64,000 nt of DNA from Lingula anatina (Eukaryota > Animalia > Brachiopoda). Below are positions 1 through 13,330 of this stretch, one piece after another. Position numbers and translations under genes: made by a program. Each line of letters begins with the position of its first letter. Position 1 is the first letter of the stretch. The notes below the pieces were generated by a model. It had not been told where the DNA came from. It did not search any database and saw only the letters and a program-made list of their open reading frames with translations. The stretch is from contig CM120643.1 of the NCBI GenBank assembly GCA_051362555.1, positions 20,774,848 through 20,838,847 on the forward strand, given 5' to 3'.

Positions 1-3000
1 ATTTCTCTTCAGTATGTGTACCTGCACCAGATACATCACTGCAATCATGGAGATATATCTGACCACAGCTCTGACATTTCACCATGTCCTGTTGGGTGTT
101 ATTTCCTCCACAGATTTGGTAGGAAGGCATCTGGTAACTCAAGCGAATATCTGCAAGAGTCCCTGCTCCATTTTGTAGGACAGTTTCTTTCGTGGCACTT
201 TGGGTAGATATTTTCAGCTTTGAAGTAGGGTTGAAATTCACAGGTTCAGTTTTCACACTGGTGTTCATGGTCAACTCATCCTCTAGGTTTTGCTGCACTG
301 GATTAACACTGTCACTGGCAGCCTCATTTTCGGCATTCTCATATTCATAATCCACTGGCTCGACTTTTACAGCTGTTGCCAAAATGCTTTCACAATCATC
401 CTTGGCACTCTCTTCACTTGATTCACTGAGTTGTCTAGAATGTGGATGGTGATTAGAGTTGGCGTCTGTCAAAGTTCCAGCATCATCTTGTACATCAGAT
501 TCTTTGACCATGGTGTTTTTGTTTGCTGTATCTGGTTTTAAAGTTTTGTCCAAACAATCAGGTGGCTTGTGATTTACACTTAAAGTCATAGTTGTGCTAC
601 TTTCCAAGTTTTGCTCGACTAGCTGAACATTCAAGTTCTGAGTTGGAATACTGATATGTCTGACACCTTCAGTGTTGTGGCGTATAAGAAAACTGAAAAG
701 AAACAAAAATTGAAGAAATTTAGTGACTGCATTATTCCCTCTATTTCAGATTAAATGAAAAATTTCCAGTGAAACACAGCAATAAACTTTGCAGTTGGCA
801 TCTATGTGCAACTGCTGCTCAAGTGCTCATCCTGAATCTAAATGTTACAAAGCAAAAGAACATGAAACTATCTTTGGTCAATTAATGAGTCATGGTTACC
901 CTTTATTACAAATGACTGTGCACCTTACCTTTGGAAGTGTACCATACTTTCATGATGGATACGTTCCTGCCTTTTCAAGAAAGTCTTCTCACAATACTGA
1001 CATTGGTGGGTTTCCCTCTTAGAGTGGCGTTTTTCATGTTTGATGCGGCTTTCCCTCCACGAAAATGCCTTATCGCAGTATATGCACTTGAACGGTTTTT
1101 CTCCGGTGTGAGTTCTCTCATGGCTTCTAAACCTTGATATCCGATGAAAGATCTTATCACAGAACTGGCAATGGTAAGGTCCAGCTTTTACACTTGCTGC
1201 CAATGTCTCAAGCATCTTGTTGTTTTCTTCAACTGAGCCAATTTCTGAATCTGTTTTTGTTAGCATATGACCATCTTCAGAGTTGGCTGTGGAGTCTTGT
1301 AAAAAGAAACTGAAAAGATAAAGGGATATTTCTGAGTAATGGAATGAAATATGCATGGGTGATATTTCAGCCCACAGCCTTCAAATCAAAAATAATTCCA
1401 TGTAAATCATGTGATGTGATCTGGTGGCAATCTACATTTGATTGCAGCACAACACATATAAAGCAAACTAATCAGACTTCAAGAAACAATATTCAAACAA
1501 AAAAAGTAAAAAAAAAAAAAATTGCTCAGAGAGCAAATATACTCATAAACTATAAGAGTAGATCTAACAAAAATTAACATCTAATTACAAGACAATCATA
1601 GTTTAATAGTAGAAATGTTTAGATGTAATGTACATAATAACACGCCCTCCATCAGCACTGAAGTCTGATTGCTGTTACATACACCCCATTTCCATAGATT
1701 TTTAGATCGATCTATCCCTGTGGGGAGTCTCACTAGATTACTGTCAGCTTGGCCGGCTTAAGCATCTGTCCCGCCTACTAAAAGCTGTAAGGGGGTAATT
1801 AACTATGGTGCCCGCTCGGCTGACTGCAATTTAGCGTGAACCCCCAGGGAGTTAGGTCGATCTAAATCTTAATCTTTAGATCGATTTAAATCTCTGGGAA
1901 AGCACCCAAAGGTACTACATGAAAACAATCAAGGCTGTTAAAGATTTGTGCTGAGGCTGAATTTGTTCGCATAGTGGTATTTTCTTTATGTTCATACTTA
2001 CCTGTGAGAATGAACTGTACCTTCATGAACAATGTAATCCCTTTTTTTGAAAAATATCTTTTCACAATACTGGCATTTGTAAGTTTCTCTTGTCGTGTGA
2101 AGTAACTCGTGTTTGGTACAGCTGTCTTTCCAAGAAAACCTTTTCTCACAATACTGACATTTGAATGGTTTTTCCCCAGTGTGGGTTTTTTCATGTTGTG
2201 TTATTTGGCTTTTTAGGCGAAAAGTTTTTTCACAGTATTTGCATTTATATGGTTTCTCTCCAGTGTGAATTCTTTCATGTCTCAGACAATCAGTTTTTTC
2301 TATAAACATCTTAGCACAGTACTGGCATTTGTATGGCTTCTCTCCAGTGTGAATCTTTTCATGCAGTGAACATTTGCCTCTGACTGCAAATGTCTTTTCA
2401 CAATACTTGCACTTGTACGGTTTCTCTCCAGTGTGAGTTCTTTCATGTTGTACACAGCTGTTTTTTATATTAAAACACTTATCACAGTATTGACAGCTGA
2501 ATGGTTTCTCTCCAGTGTGAATTAGTACATGACGGGTTAGATGACTTTTGAGGGTAAAAGACTTTTCACAATCCTGACATTTGTAGGGTCTTTTGCCAGT
2601 GTGAAACCTTTCATGAGTGAGGAGATGACTCTTCTCTACAAATGATTTCTCACAGTGTTGACATTTAAATGGCTTATCTGCAGCATGGGTTTTTTCATGG
2701 TGTAAGCATGTACCTCTCAGAGTGTATGCCTTATCACAGTACTTGCATTTAAATGGTTTCTCACCAGTGTGAACTCTTTCATGACCTGCACAAGTTTGTT
2801 TATCTCCAAATGACTTGAATTGTTCCTCCTGAGAGTGGTCTGTTTTGCCATTTTCTAAAGATGTTTGCAAATTTAGCTGAATATCTTTTAAAGTTCCAGC
2901 TCCATTTGACAGAACATCTCCTTTAGAAATATTACTATTTGGTGCTTCCTGTCTTAAACACGGGATGACTGGTTCATTCACGGATTTATTTTCTGTAGTA

Positions 3001-3092
3001 TAAGACAAAGATTTGAAGTCCCCATCTTTTTCTTCAGCTGGCTCAATATTCACACTGTTGACCAGAATGTCCAAATTTCTTGGGGAATCCAT
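1..3092 (-). CDS. C2H2 zinc-finger gene, unit A (3' end runs off the window). Coding exons 3092-2002, 1309-929 and 692-<1
   Basis: ORF 1998..3092 has 9 complete fingers with TGEKP linkers and ends at the donor CAG|GTAAGT (2002/2001). Acceptor TTTTCAG at 1310 continues in frame (S-FFLQDS; 3 fingers). Donor AAG|GTAAGG at 929/928. Acceptor at 693 continues in frame (S-FLIRHNTEG...VKVEP...NGAGTLADIRLSYQ...CQSCGQIY). Confidence 0.85.
1681..1909. mobile_element. Hairpin MITE (GATCGATCTA family)
   Basis: Imperfect internal inverted repeat; homologous to 17944-18160. Confidence 0.75.
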
Positions 3093-3985
3093 GACGATCT
3101 GTTCAAAATAACTGTAAAGATACGTGTAAAAGACAATTAAATTAAGGGTAAAATTACACTATCTTGTCTTGCCCGTGGATATTTCTGTCAAGAGAAAAAA
3201 ATTAGATGGATAAAAGATCAATTTGAAAAAGTTATCTGACCTGATCATATTTAATATCATTATACCTGCGATACCACATGGTTTTGGCTCATCTTTAACA
3301 GTTTTATGCCATAGCACTAAATACAGAATTTCTGCCAAAAAGCCCGGAATAGACACCTTATGACATAGGCTCCTCTTAGTAAATGTTCACAGTAGCTATT
3401 TGTGTTGATTATATGATAGCAATAAAATATATATAAATATTCTGTTTTCTTTAATCTTTTTTTTTATTTAAAAAAAAAAGCACTGAAACTGGCATAGCCT
3501 TACATTAGAATTTTTTAATCAAGGGTATCTGATAGAAAATAAAAAGTATTAAAGTATTTCAATGCATGCTTGATAAGCTACCCCACCCCCTTCTCCCCGG
3601 AGCAACTTTTTAAAAATCTGGTACAGCATCCAAAACACCGGCCTAGTTGTGTTTAGTAGCAACCAAGTGAAAAAAGTTGGATGTCTTGCCCTGCTAAGGT
3701 ATATCGTCCACAACTAACATTCTCGTATACCATCCACATTGTATCAGTTGATGCATCAATTTGATTTTATTATTAAGCGAAAGAACCTTACGGTACCTGC
3801 ACTGGCTGCAGTGTGAACTGTGAACGAATGCTCATAACGTGACTTCAAATCTGAGCAGTAAGCTAAAATAAGATAAATGCTGTAGAGCCAAAGCCCTCGG
3901 GATTGTTGTGAGACAAGAAGCAGCGTTTCTTCTCCTTGAATGCCATTTATTATGTACAGGAAATGACGCCAGTCTCACAGCGAGT

Positions 3986-4023
3986 GGGCGCGGACATCTT
4001 GGCTATTGCTAACATAAAGATTG
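3986..4023 (-). promoter_or_regulatory. Shared promoter/first-exon motif of unit A (CAATCTT-N~15-CCAAGATGTCCGCGCCC)
   Basis: The same motif lies upstream of every ZF unit. It is followed by a candidate non-coding exon donor CAG|GTACCG at 3797/3796. Confidence 0.6.
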
Positions 4024-4929
4024 TTTTCCACCACGGAACGGCACTTTTTAGAAAATGATAATCTTGTTGAATATTTAATTTATGATGAAATTGAATATTA
4101 ATTGTGTGTTATATTTTGTGATTATAAGAATACATATGTGATTGCTTAAATCAGATTCAATTACAACGGCTGACGGAGTTGGGGGGGAGGGGGGGGGGGG
4201 GGAGTTGAGTGTGATTTTCCTTGACCTGACTCGAAAAGGTAGATATTCACCTGTTGAGAATCTACATGCCCCATCAATTATACCTTACTTCTAAAAGTTT
4301 TTCATGCATTGGTAATTATTCTGCATACTAACATGTTTGCAAACGTAAGTGTGCAACATGCAGGGTTGACAGGATTGTTGAGAAATGGATATAATTGTCG
4401 TAATCTCTCTTTAATTATGACACAATCAGTCGCCTCAACCACATTGCCTTCCCTAACACATTTAAGCATCAAAATTTCAGTTGCACTTGCTATCCAATTT
4501 TGTTTTTCATGTGTAAAAATCTAAGCCATAATTTAAAGGATTTTTCAACATTACCTAATTAGAGGTAAGTCTTACAGCAATACATATCTTAATTCTCTTG
4601 GATTTTTCATCACATATTACTGAGCTCTACATATCTTATATTTTCTAATTAAATGCGGTTATAATACACATCAAATATATAAATCAATTAAATGTACATT
4701 TGGACTATTAAGCCCCAATATAATGTTTTGAATTTTTTTTGCTGTTGTATGCTTATGCTTGCAGTGGAATAAAATGGTGACTCTTAAATTCAATTAAAAC
4801 ACCACTTCTTTGACAAAAGAAATATCATAAATTGCACTTATCAATACTGTCTGCTACACTAGATGCCCTGAAGTTGTATACTATGATGACTGTCATGAAT
4901 ACCCTCTACATATATTTTTAAAAAATAAA

Positions 4930-5195
4930 TTACTGTATTGACATGATAAGGTATTTCACCAGTGTTAATTTTTTTCGTGATCCACACAGTTACCTTTAAA
5001 TCTATATGCCTTGTAACAGTGCCGGCATGTTTTAACAAGGTGTTTCATCAGTATGAGTCCTCTTGTAGTTAATTAAAGTGCTCCTTTCATGGCAAAAGCT
5101 TTGTCTTACTACTGTCTCTGGAATGTGATATACACCTGAAAATACTGTTCTGTTAAAGTCTTTATACAACGACAGTCTCTAATTTGCCTGCAAAT
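4930..5195 (-). pseudogene. Decayed zinc-finger remnants of the unit B terminal exon
   Basis: Frameshifted, stop-containing fragments resemble the last fingers of ORF 9237..11159 (KAF.IKGTLINHERTHTGE.P; KG.CV.HEK.HTGE.PY). The downstream sequence 4750-4820 resembles 9140-9210. Confidence 0.7.
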
Positions 5196-7507
5196 TCACT
5201 CCTTCAAAAGACAATCTATTAGCCAATCCTTAGCCAATGTCAATTTGCAATATTGGCAAAAATTTTTTTCTTCAGCTGGTACCTTATGTTTACATGCAAT
5301 TTTATCACCTATGTATATTTTACCACAGTTCTGACATTTAATCATTCCCTGTTGCTTACTGCTAATTTGATCAGTCGTGATCTGACAATTCAAAGGCATA
5401 TCTGACAAATTCTGAGCTCCGTTTTCCAAAACGCTCTCTTGAGCATCATTCTTGTTTGATATTTCCACTGTCATGCTATGGTCAGAAGGATCAACTGGCT
5501 CAACTTTAACACTAGTGTGCAATGCTTCACTGTTCTCTGTGCTATGGTCACCAATCTGACTGGAGAATGTCTCATAATTCACCATGATCTCACCATTTTT
5601 AGACATATTTTTTTGATGGGTTGTTTTGTCTGAGTTTTTATGCTTTAAGGAGTTGGCAAAGTAGCCAACTGATCCCACCTTTACACCATTAATCTTAGTT
5701 TTATCATGACCTAAGTTGTGTTCCAGTTGTTCAGGGTCAACTCCCTCATTTAAAGTTTGGGCATTCTCAAAATCATCATCCATGGGCTCTACTTTTACAG
5801 TGGTAGCCATGTCATCTCCACGGTCTTCCTCAAATCTCTGTTCCACAGCCTCGTTCTGAGCGAATTGTGTTTGGCGATTCAACTGAACATCTGCCAAGCT
5901 TCCAGCCCCATTTTGTAGAATGCTTTTTATTGCAGAGATTTTTTTAGGTTTTTCCAGTTTGCTGGTATGGTTGGAAAGCCTGACTTCCAAATGTCTTGTC
6001 ATATTGCTGCTTTCTTTGTAGTTATCTGTGGAATTTGGTAAAATTAAACTGAAAAGGACAAACTGAAATTATTAGAGTTAATTTCAGGTCTAAGAGAGAA
6101 AGTAATTAAAGAAAGATAGAAAAAAATTTCAAAAGATTTTTTTTAAAGTTAAATTTAGAATTTAGGGTACAGATGGAATTCAAAATAGCCTTTGGTCAAC
6201 ACATTTCATAAATTATTTTTTTGTGATTTTGATGATTCCCTACGTGCAAGACCTGGTAAAACAATTAATGTGAAAATACAAATGCAAAAGGAGAAATAAA
6301 AAATAAATAAAATTTGTGTAAAACAAACCATTAAAAATGGTAAATAATAGAGGATAGATATTATACACAACTGGTATTTTCTTTACTTGTATATTTACCT
6401 GTGAGAGTGAACTGTACCTTCATGAACAATGTAATCCCTTTTTTTGAAAAATATCTTTTCACAATACTGGCATTTGTAAGTTTCTCTTGTTGTGTGAAGT
6501 AACTCATGTTTAGTACAGCTGTCTTTCCATGAAAACCTTTTCTCACAGTACTGACACTTGAATGGTTTCTCCCCGGTGTGGGTTTTTTCATGATTTGTTA
6601 TTTGACTTTTGAGGCGAAAAGATTTTTCACATTTATTACATTTATATGGTTTTTCTCCAGTGTGAATTCTTTCATGTCTCAGACAATCAGTTCTTTCTTT
6701 AAATGGCTTATTGCAGAACTGGCATTTGTATGGCTTCTCCCCTGTGTGGTTCCTTTCATGCAGTGAACAATTGCCCTTGACGGCAAATGTCTTTTCACAA
6801 TACTTGCAGTTGTACGGTTTCTCCCCAGTGTGAGTTCTTTCATGCTGTATACAGCTGTTTTTTCTGCTAAAAGACTTATCACAGTATTGGCATATGAATG
6901 GTTTCTCTCCAGTGTGAATTACTTCATGACGCATCAGATTACTTTTGACAGCAAAGGCTTTTTCACAATTCTGACATTTGTATGGTTTTTCTCCAGTGTG
7001 AAACCTTTCATGTGTCAGCAGATGAGTCTTCTCTACAAATGCTTTCTCACAGTGTTGGCATTTAAATGGCTTATCTGAAGCATGAGTTTTTTCGTGTTGT
7101 AAGCAATTGGCTTTGAGAGTATATGTCTTATCACAATATCTGCATTTGAACGGTTTCTCACCAGTGTGAATGCTTTCATGACCCACACAAGTTTGTTTAT
7201 CCCGAAATGACTTGCTACAGTACTGGCACTTATGAGGTTTTCCAGGAGAGTGACCTCTTGCACTATTTTTGACAGATGTCTGCAAACCCAACTGAATGTC
7301 CTTTAAACTCCCAGCTTCATTTGATATAATATTTTCTTCATTTATTTTATTATTGGGTGCTTCCAGTTCAAAAGAGAGTTTGACTGGTCCAACCATGGAT
7401 TCATTTTCTGTAATGCCAGATGAAGTTTTGAAATCCACATATTTCTCTTGAACTGGCTCAATATTCATGCTGCTGCCTTGAATGTCCAAATTTCTTGAGG
7501 AGTTCAT
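5196..7507 (-). CDS. C2H2 zinc-finger gene, unit B. Exon 7507-6399 (10 fingers) plus truncated, fingerless terminal exon 6048-5196
   Basis: ORF 6395..7507; donor CAG|GTAAAT at 6399/6398; acceptor TTTTCAG at 6049 is in frame with ORF 5196..6002. That ORF is paralogous to the N-terminal half of 9237..11159 but stops before the fingers. Confidence 0.8.
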
Positions 7508-8444
7508 GATTTGTTAAAGAAAACTGCAAAGAAAAAAAATATAATAATTGCATGCATTCCACATCTCACATGCGGTCACTATAGAGCCTGTGGATATAAC
7601 ATGTATCAGAAAAAAAAATTAATTGGATTGATAAAAGATGAATGTCCAAAATCCTAAATTTTACTGCATCAAAACTTATCCTATAATAATTATTCAATGA
7701 AATCTTGTCTAATATAGTAACAATATGTAAACAAAGCATGCTATCATTTCACTTCAATACAATGAAATTTCTAACATGACTCAGTTGCTTTACTTATTCA
7801 AATCAAATCCTCAGTGCTAAAAAAAAAAAAAACGTCTCAAAGTCCAAAACCTGAATAAGTCTTTCACGCCTGATATTGAGGTATCATTTACTTGCATTTC
7901 CAACAATTTTACACTCATACACAATTTATCAGTAAATTACCACAGTCTACATCATTCATGCATTCAACAATTGTTTAGCAATCAAACACATACTAAAGCA
8001 CTCCGTACAATTATGTAGTAGAGAGTAGCTCCAGCTAGAAGTAGAATCCAATAAAACGGATACCGCCTGCTTCAAAAACTTGTCTTGCCTTCAGCGATTA
8101 ATTTAAGAATATGATAAATATTTAGTTAAATTTGTTATGATTAAAGCAAAATCGGATTCAGGTGACCAAGGGAGGAGGTATGCCTCACTGACAAAAAAAA
8201 AAAATTTAATGATCAACTTCAAATCCAACCAAAGAGGAGGAACGCTATTAAGTGAGCTGACCTGCGCTGCAGCGTCCTGTGGGCAAGACATTGATACTTG
8301 GGCAGGATGACCTAAAATCCCATCAGCAATCTAAAATAAGATGTATCACGCAGCGTCTAACCCCTGGGATTGTTGTGAAACAAGGCGTTACTTCTTCGTA
8401 AATTAATTTATTATGTACAAGAAATGACGCCTGTCTCAGCGAAT

Positions 8445-8483
8445 GGGCGCGGACATCTTGGGTTACTTCTAACATAAAGATTG
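8445..8483 (-). promoter_or_regulatory. Shared promoter/first-exon motif of unit B
   Basis: Block 8340-8500 is homologous to 3860-4040. Candidate donor CAG|GTCAGC at 8262/8261. Confidence 0.6.
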
Positions 8484-8761
8484 TTTTCCAGCGTGGAACA
8501 AAACCCATTGAACATGATATTTGTTTCTGTTGAACTTTTTAACGCTATTATTAAATCAAACAAAAATAGTGGTGGAATATTTTGTCACATTTTCACCTGG
8601 AAAATATTATTACTGTGGTTGAATAAATCATTTTTTATTTCTACAGGATTACTTATCTGCTTTCAGGCTGTCCCCAGGAGAGCACAACACACACACTCAC
8701 TGGAAGAGAGAGTGTTGAAATTTCTTTCTGCAATGGTGTCTTCAAGGGCATATTGTGATTG

Positions 8762-8808
8762 CATTTGACATATATGTGTCAACATTGTTGACACATATAT
8801 GTCAAATG
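8762..8808. repeat. Perfect palindrome, 23-bp arms, 1-nt spacer
   Basis: CATTTGACATATATGTGTCAACA-T-TGTTGACACATATATGTCAAATG. Confidence 0.9.
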
Positions 8809-9236
8809 TGTCAACATTGTTGACGAACCATGGTCTTCCATCTGTGGCGTTAAAAAACTGACTCTCACAACAATGATTGTGACACAATTGGTGTTCTCTA
8901 AAGTTCTAAACATATTCAGGCCTGAAGCCAGCAGGGGTGGTGTTCAGTGAAAAATGTCTTTTTTGCCCCTCGTAGTTAACACAATGGGCCTGACATTTAA
9001 ACATCAACAATTCAAAAGTATATGTTATCCAATTTTATTACATTTCTTGCACAGATACATTTACAGCTACTTATGTGATGTAATGTAATGTAAATTCTAA
9101 ATTCAACTATTAGCCCTTAATTATCAATTAATTGTTTACAGTAGCGTGCTTGCAGTGGAGTACAATGAGTTCTATTTCAATAAAAACAGCACTTGCTTAA
9201 CAGAGGACGTGTTGTTATATTTATCAATTTGGTCTT

Positions 9237-12200
9237 TTATACTACATGTCCTGTAGTTGTCTTTTTGAGCTGACCTGCATGGCGTCGCTCTACATGTCTT
9301 TTTAAGGTATGACTTACAGGAAATGACATTTCACAGTACTGACATTGGTAAGGTCTTTCACCAGTGTGAATTTTTTCATGACCTACGCAGCCCCCCTTTA
9401 ATTTAAATGTCTTGTCACAGAACTGGCATTTGAATGGAGCTTCACCAGTATGAGTTCTCTCATGGTTAATTAGTGTACCTTTTATGGAGAAAGCTTTGTC
9501 ACAGTACTGACACTGGAATGGTTTTTCACCAGTGTGTGTTCGTTCATGGACAACACAGTTGTTTTTGCGAGAAAAAGTTAGATCACAGTACTGGCATTTG
9601 TAGGGTCTCTCTTCAGTCATAGAACCTTTGTGTACAATTTCTTCATGGCGCAAGCAATCTTCCTTCTTGAAGAAGCTTTTACCACAAAACTGACATTTGT
9701 GTTTTTCCCTCTCAGTGTGAATAATTTCATGCCTTGAACAAAGAAATTGTGTTAAAAATGCTTTCTGACAGACCTGACATTTAAATGGCAATTCACCAGT
9801 GTGGAGTCTTTCATGTTTCCTGCGGACCTTTTTCTCATAGAATGCCTTGTCACAGTACTGGCATTTGAAAGACCTTGTTCTTGTGTGAGTTTTTTCATGT
9901 TGCAAGCAGTTACTATTGAGGGTAAATGTCTTGTCACAGTATCGGCATTTGAATGGCTTCTCCCTGGAGTGAGACATTTCATGCCTAACGCAATAACTTC
10001 TCACGGCAAATGTCTTGTCACAGTGCTGGCATTTGTATGGCGTTTCCCCTGTGTGAATCTTTTCATGCCTTACACAGTTACTGTTTATGGTAAATCTTGC
10101 ATCACAGTACTGACATTTGAATGGTTTCTCCCTGGTGTCAGCTGACGTGTGGGATAAGCTTTCATTGCCTGTAGTTACTGTTCCAGTACAGTCATTATAG
10201 ACAAGCAGTCTTTTGCTTTGTATACTATTCCCTTTTTCAGATGGCATCCTATTAGGGATGTTGTCCTGAGACAATGTTACTCTGCAATATTGGCAATAAT
10301 ATTGTTTATCTTCATCAGGTGCCTCTTTTTCACATGTAGTGGTATCACTTATGTATATTTTACCGCAGTTCTGGCATTTAAGCATTTCCTGGTGAATACC
10401 TTTCATCTGATCAGCTGCCACCTGATAATTCAACTGAATGTCTGTCAGAGTCCCAGCTCCATTCTCCAAAACACTCTCAGGTATGGTTCTCTTGTTTGAC
10501 ATTTTCACTGTCAAGCCACTGTTTAAATTGTCAACTGACTCAACTTTTACGTCATTGTCCACCATATCAGCACCCTCCATGTTATGTTCTACAGCCTCGC
10601 CAAGCTGATTGGAGTTTGTCTTGCAATCCGCCATGATATCTGTCACACTCCCAGGACCATCTTTTGACATGATTTCTTGGTGGGTGGTTATGTCAGAGTT
10701 TTCATATTCCAAAGTATGGGCAAAGAAGTCAACTGGTTCCACCTTAACACTATCAATCTTAGTTTTATCATGGTCCAAGTTGTGTTCCAGTTGTTCAGGG
10801 TCAACTCCCTCATTTAAAATTTGGACATTCTCAAAACCATCATCCATGGGTTCTACTTTCACAGTGGCAGTCATCTCATCCCCATTGTCATCCTCATATC
10901 TTTGTTCCATGGACTTGTTTACTTGATTGAACTGTGCCTGATGGTTCAACTGTACATCTACCAAGCTTCCAGCTCCATTCTCTAAAATGTTTTTATTTAT
11001 GCCATTTACATTACGTTTTTCCAGTTTGCTGGTCTGGTTGGAAAATCCAACTTCCAAATGACTTGTCATATTGCTGCTTTCGTTGGAGTTATCTGAGGTG
11101 TTTGGTAAAATTGGACTGAAAAGGAAATAAAAATGATTATTAAAAGACATTCCATTCAAAGTTTAGGCAGTAAAACAGGTCCTGAATTTGCATTTTAAAA
11201 AGACCAAAGAATATTTATACAAGATTTTAAAAATTTCTCACACAGAAAATTGGGATATTGATGGAATTTAGAATTGCACAACACCTTTGAATAAAAAATT
11301 TTGAAACAATTTATGGTTTTGATAATTCTACAAGGCTTTGCAAGTTCCTGCTAGACTCAGTAACAGGCCTCATGAACAATAACTATCGTTTGCTATAACT
11401 AGCCTCAGATTTAGGAGCACCAAAGCCCAAAATGAAAGACATGACCCACAATTTCAGTGAACGAATGTAAAATTAGTAGCCAAAAACTCTGCATCAAAAA
11501 GAATGGCCAATTTGGCCAGCTTTCATTCGGTGGTTAATATTAAATTACTGGAAATTGTGCCATGAAGACAGCAATTTTAAAAAGCCTAGTTACATGCATT
11601 CAATGAGACAAGACATAGGGTGGTGGCTCTTCATTAAAGGACCCATGCCTGCCTCCATGCATCCTACATTGTATATATTTTATCATAAGTAAGAAACATA
11701 TTTTGCTTATACAATATACCTTTTAGAGTGACATGAATATTTATGAAGTATGTAGTCCTTCTTTTTGAAAATTTTTTTCTCACATAACTGGCACTTGTAA
11801 GTTTCTTTTTCTGTGTGAAGTGCTTCATGCCTGGTACAGTTTGCTTGCTTCGCAAATTCATTCCTACAGTACCGACATTTATATAATTTCTCTCCAGTGT
11901 GAATCATCTCGTGTCTCTTATGCCCATGTTTCTGGCGGAATGCTTTGTCGCAATACTGGCATTTGTATGGTTTCTCTCCAGTGTGAAGTCGTTCGTGTAT
12001 TGAAAGAGAGTATTTGACTGTAAATGACTTGTCACAGTACTGGCATTTAAATGCTTTCTCTCCAGTGTGAATTTTTTCATGCTGAACAACATTGCTTTTG
12101 AGGGCAAATGCTGTATCACAGTAACGGCATTTGTATGGTTTCTCTCCAGTGTGAGTCAATTCATGTCTTTCATAATGACTTTTTTCTACAAATGATTTTT

Positions 12201-12618
12201 CACAGTACTGGCATTTGAATGGTTTATCAGGAGCGTGATTTTTTTCATGCTGTAAACATGTGCTTCTCAGAGTGTATGCTTTATCACAGTACTTGCATTT
12301 GTATGGTTTATCACCAGTGTGAAGTCTTTCATGACCAACACAAGCCCATCTTTCTGCAAATGACTTCTCACAATACTGACATTTATACTGCTTGACCCTT
12401 GTTTGTGTACTTTTGGAAAGACTGCAGGACCGTTCATGTTGCAGACAGTTGCTTCTGAAGGTAAAAGTTCTATCACAGTACTGGCATTTGTGTTGTTTTT
12501 CCTGAAAACATGCTCTTTCAGTATTATCCAAAGATGTGGGCATGCTCAACTGTATGTCTTCCAAGGTCCCAGCTTTTTTGGCCACAGTCTCTTCAGTAGA
12601 GTGGCTTTCATTTTCCAT
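9237..12618 (-). CDS. C2H2 zinc-finger gene, unit C. Exons 12618-11720 (9 fingers) and 11115-9237 (10 fingers)
   Basis: ORFs 11707..12618 and 9237..11159. Donor AAG|GTATAT at 11720/11719 and acceptor TTTTCAG at 11116 join in phase 2 (S-PILPNT). Confidence 0.85.
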
Positions 12619-13116
12619 TTCAAGGATATTGTTTACATATATTCAACTGCTGGTTCAACTTTCACATCATTTCAACTTCCATATCATTCTCACATGTCCT
12701 CATGATGATCCGTGAAGTCCTACTGTAAGAATTAAAAACATAAGCAATGCATTACATAAATCCATTAGACTGACAAGTCAAAGAACAATTCAAATGAATA
12801 TTCATCTATTACTATTTATGCATTAAATTCTATATCTGCCGTTAAACAAAGACAATTGTACTCTTGTCGGTCAGCGTTAATGCTTTTCATTTAATGATGA
12901 ATACGAATAAGAACAAAAAAAGAAAACAAATGAAAATGATTCAATGCAGCGATGGAGGCGCAATGAACGACCGAGTTGTAAACATCAGGGCAAAATAGCT
13001 TTCTGTCGGCTAAATACAGAAACTAAATGAAGTACCTTAAGCATCAGGGTGACACTGCGACAGGATACGTCCTTTGTTCAACACCAAAGTCTATTATCTT
13101 ATAATGTACAGGATAT

Positions 13117-13330
13117 CGCAGACATCTTGGCTACAATCTAAATCAAGATTGTATGTGACAGAAATAAAATGCATTAATAAAAATAACTTCTTGTATTTCG
13201 ACCAACTACCAAATCAACCATTCTCAACAAAATTCATTTGGTTGCATTATGATATGTATATTTTATTAAAAACGATTCCCATTTTTAGGATCAAGCTTGA
13301 CCTCAGAACCAAACAATATGTCTGCGCCCA
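13117..13330. promoter_or_regulatory. Candidate bidirectional promoter between units C (-) and D (+)
   Basis: Motif CCAAGATGTCTGCG on the minus strand within 13117-13151 and CAATATGTCTGCGCCC on the plus strand at 13314-13329. Candidate donors AAG|GTACTT (13036, -) and AAG|GTGAGG (13576, +). Confidence 0.6.
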
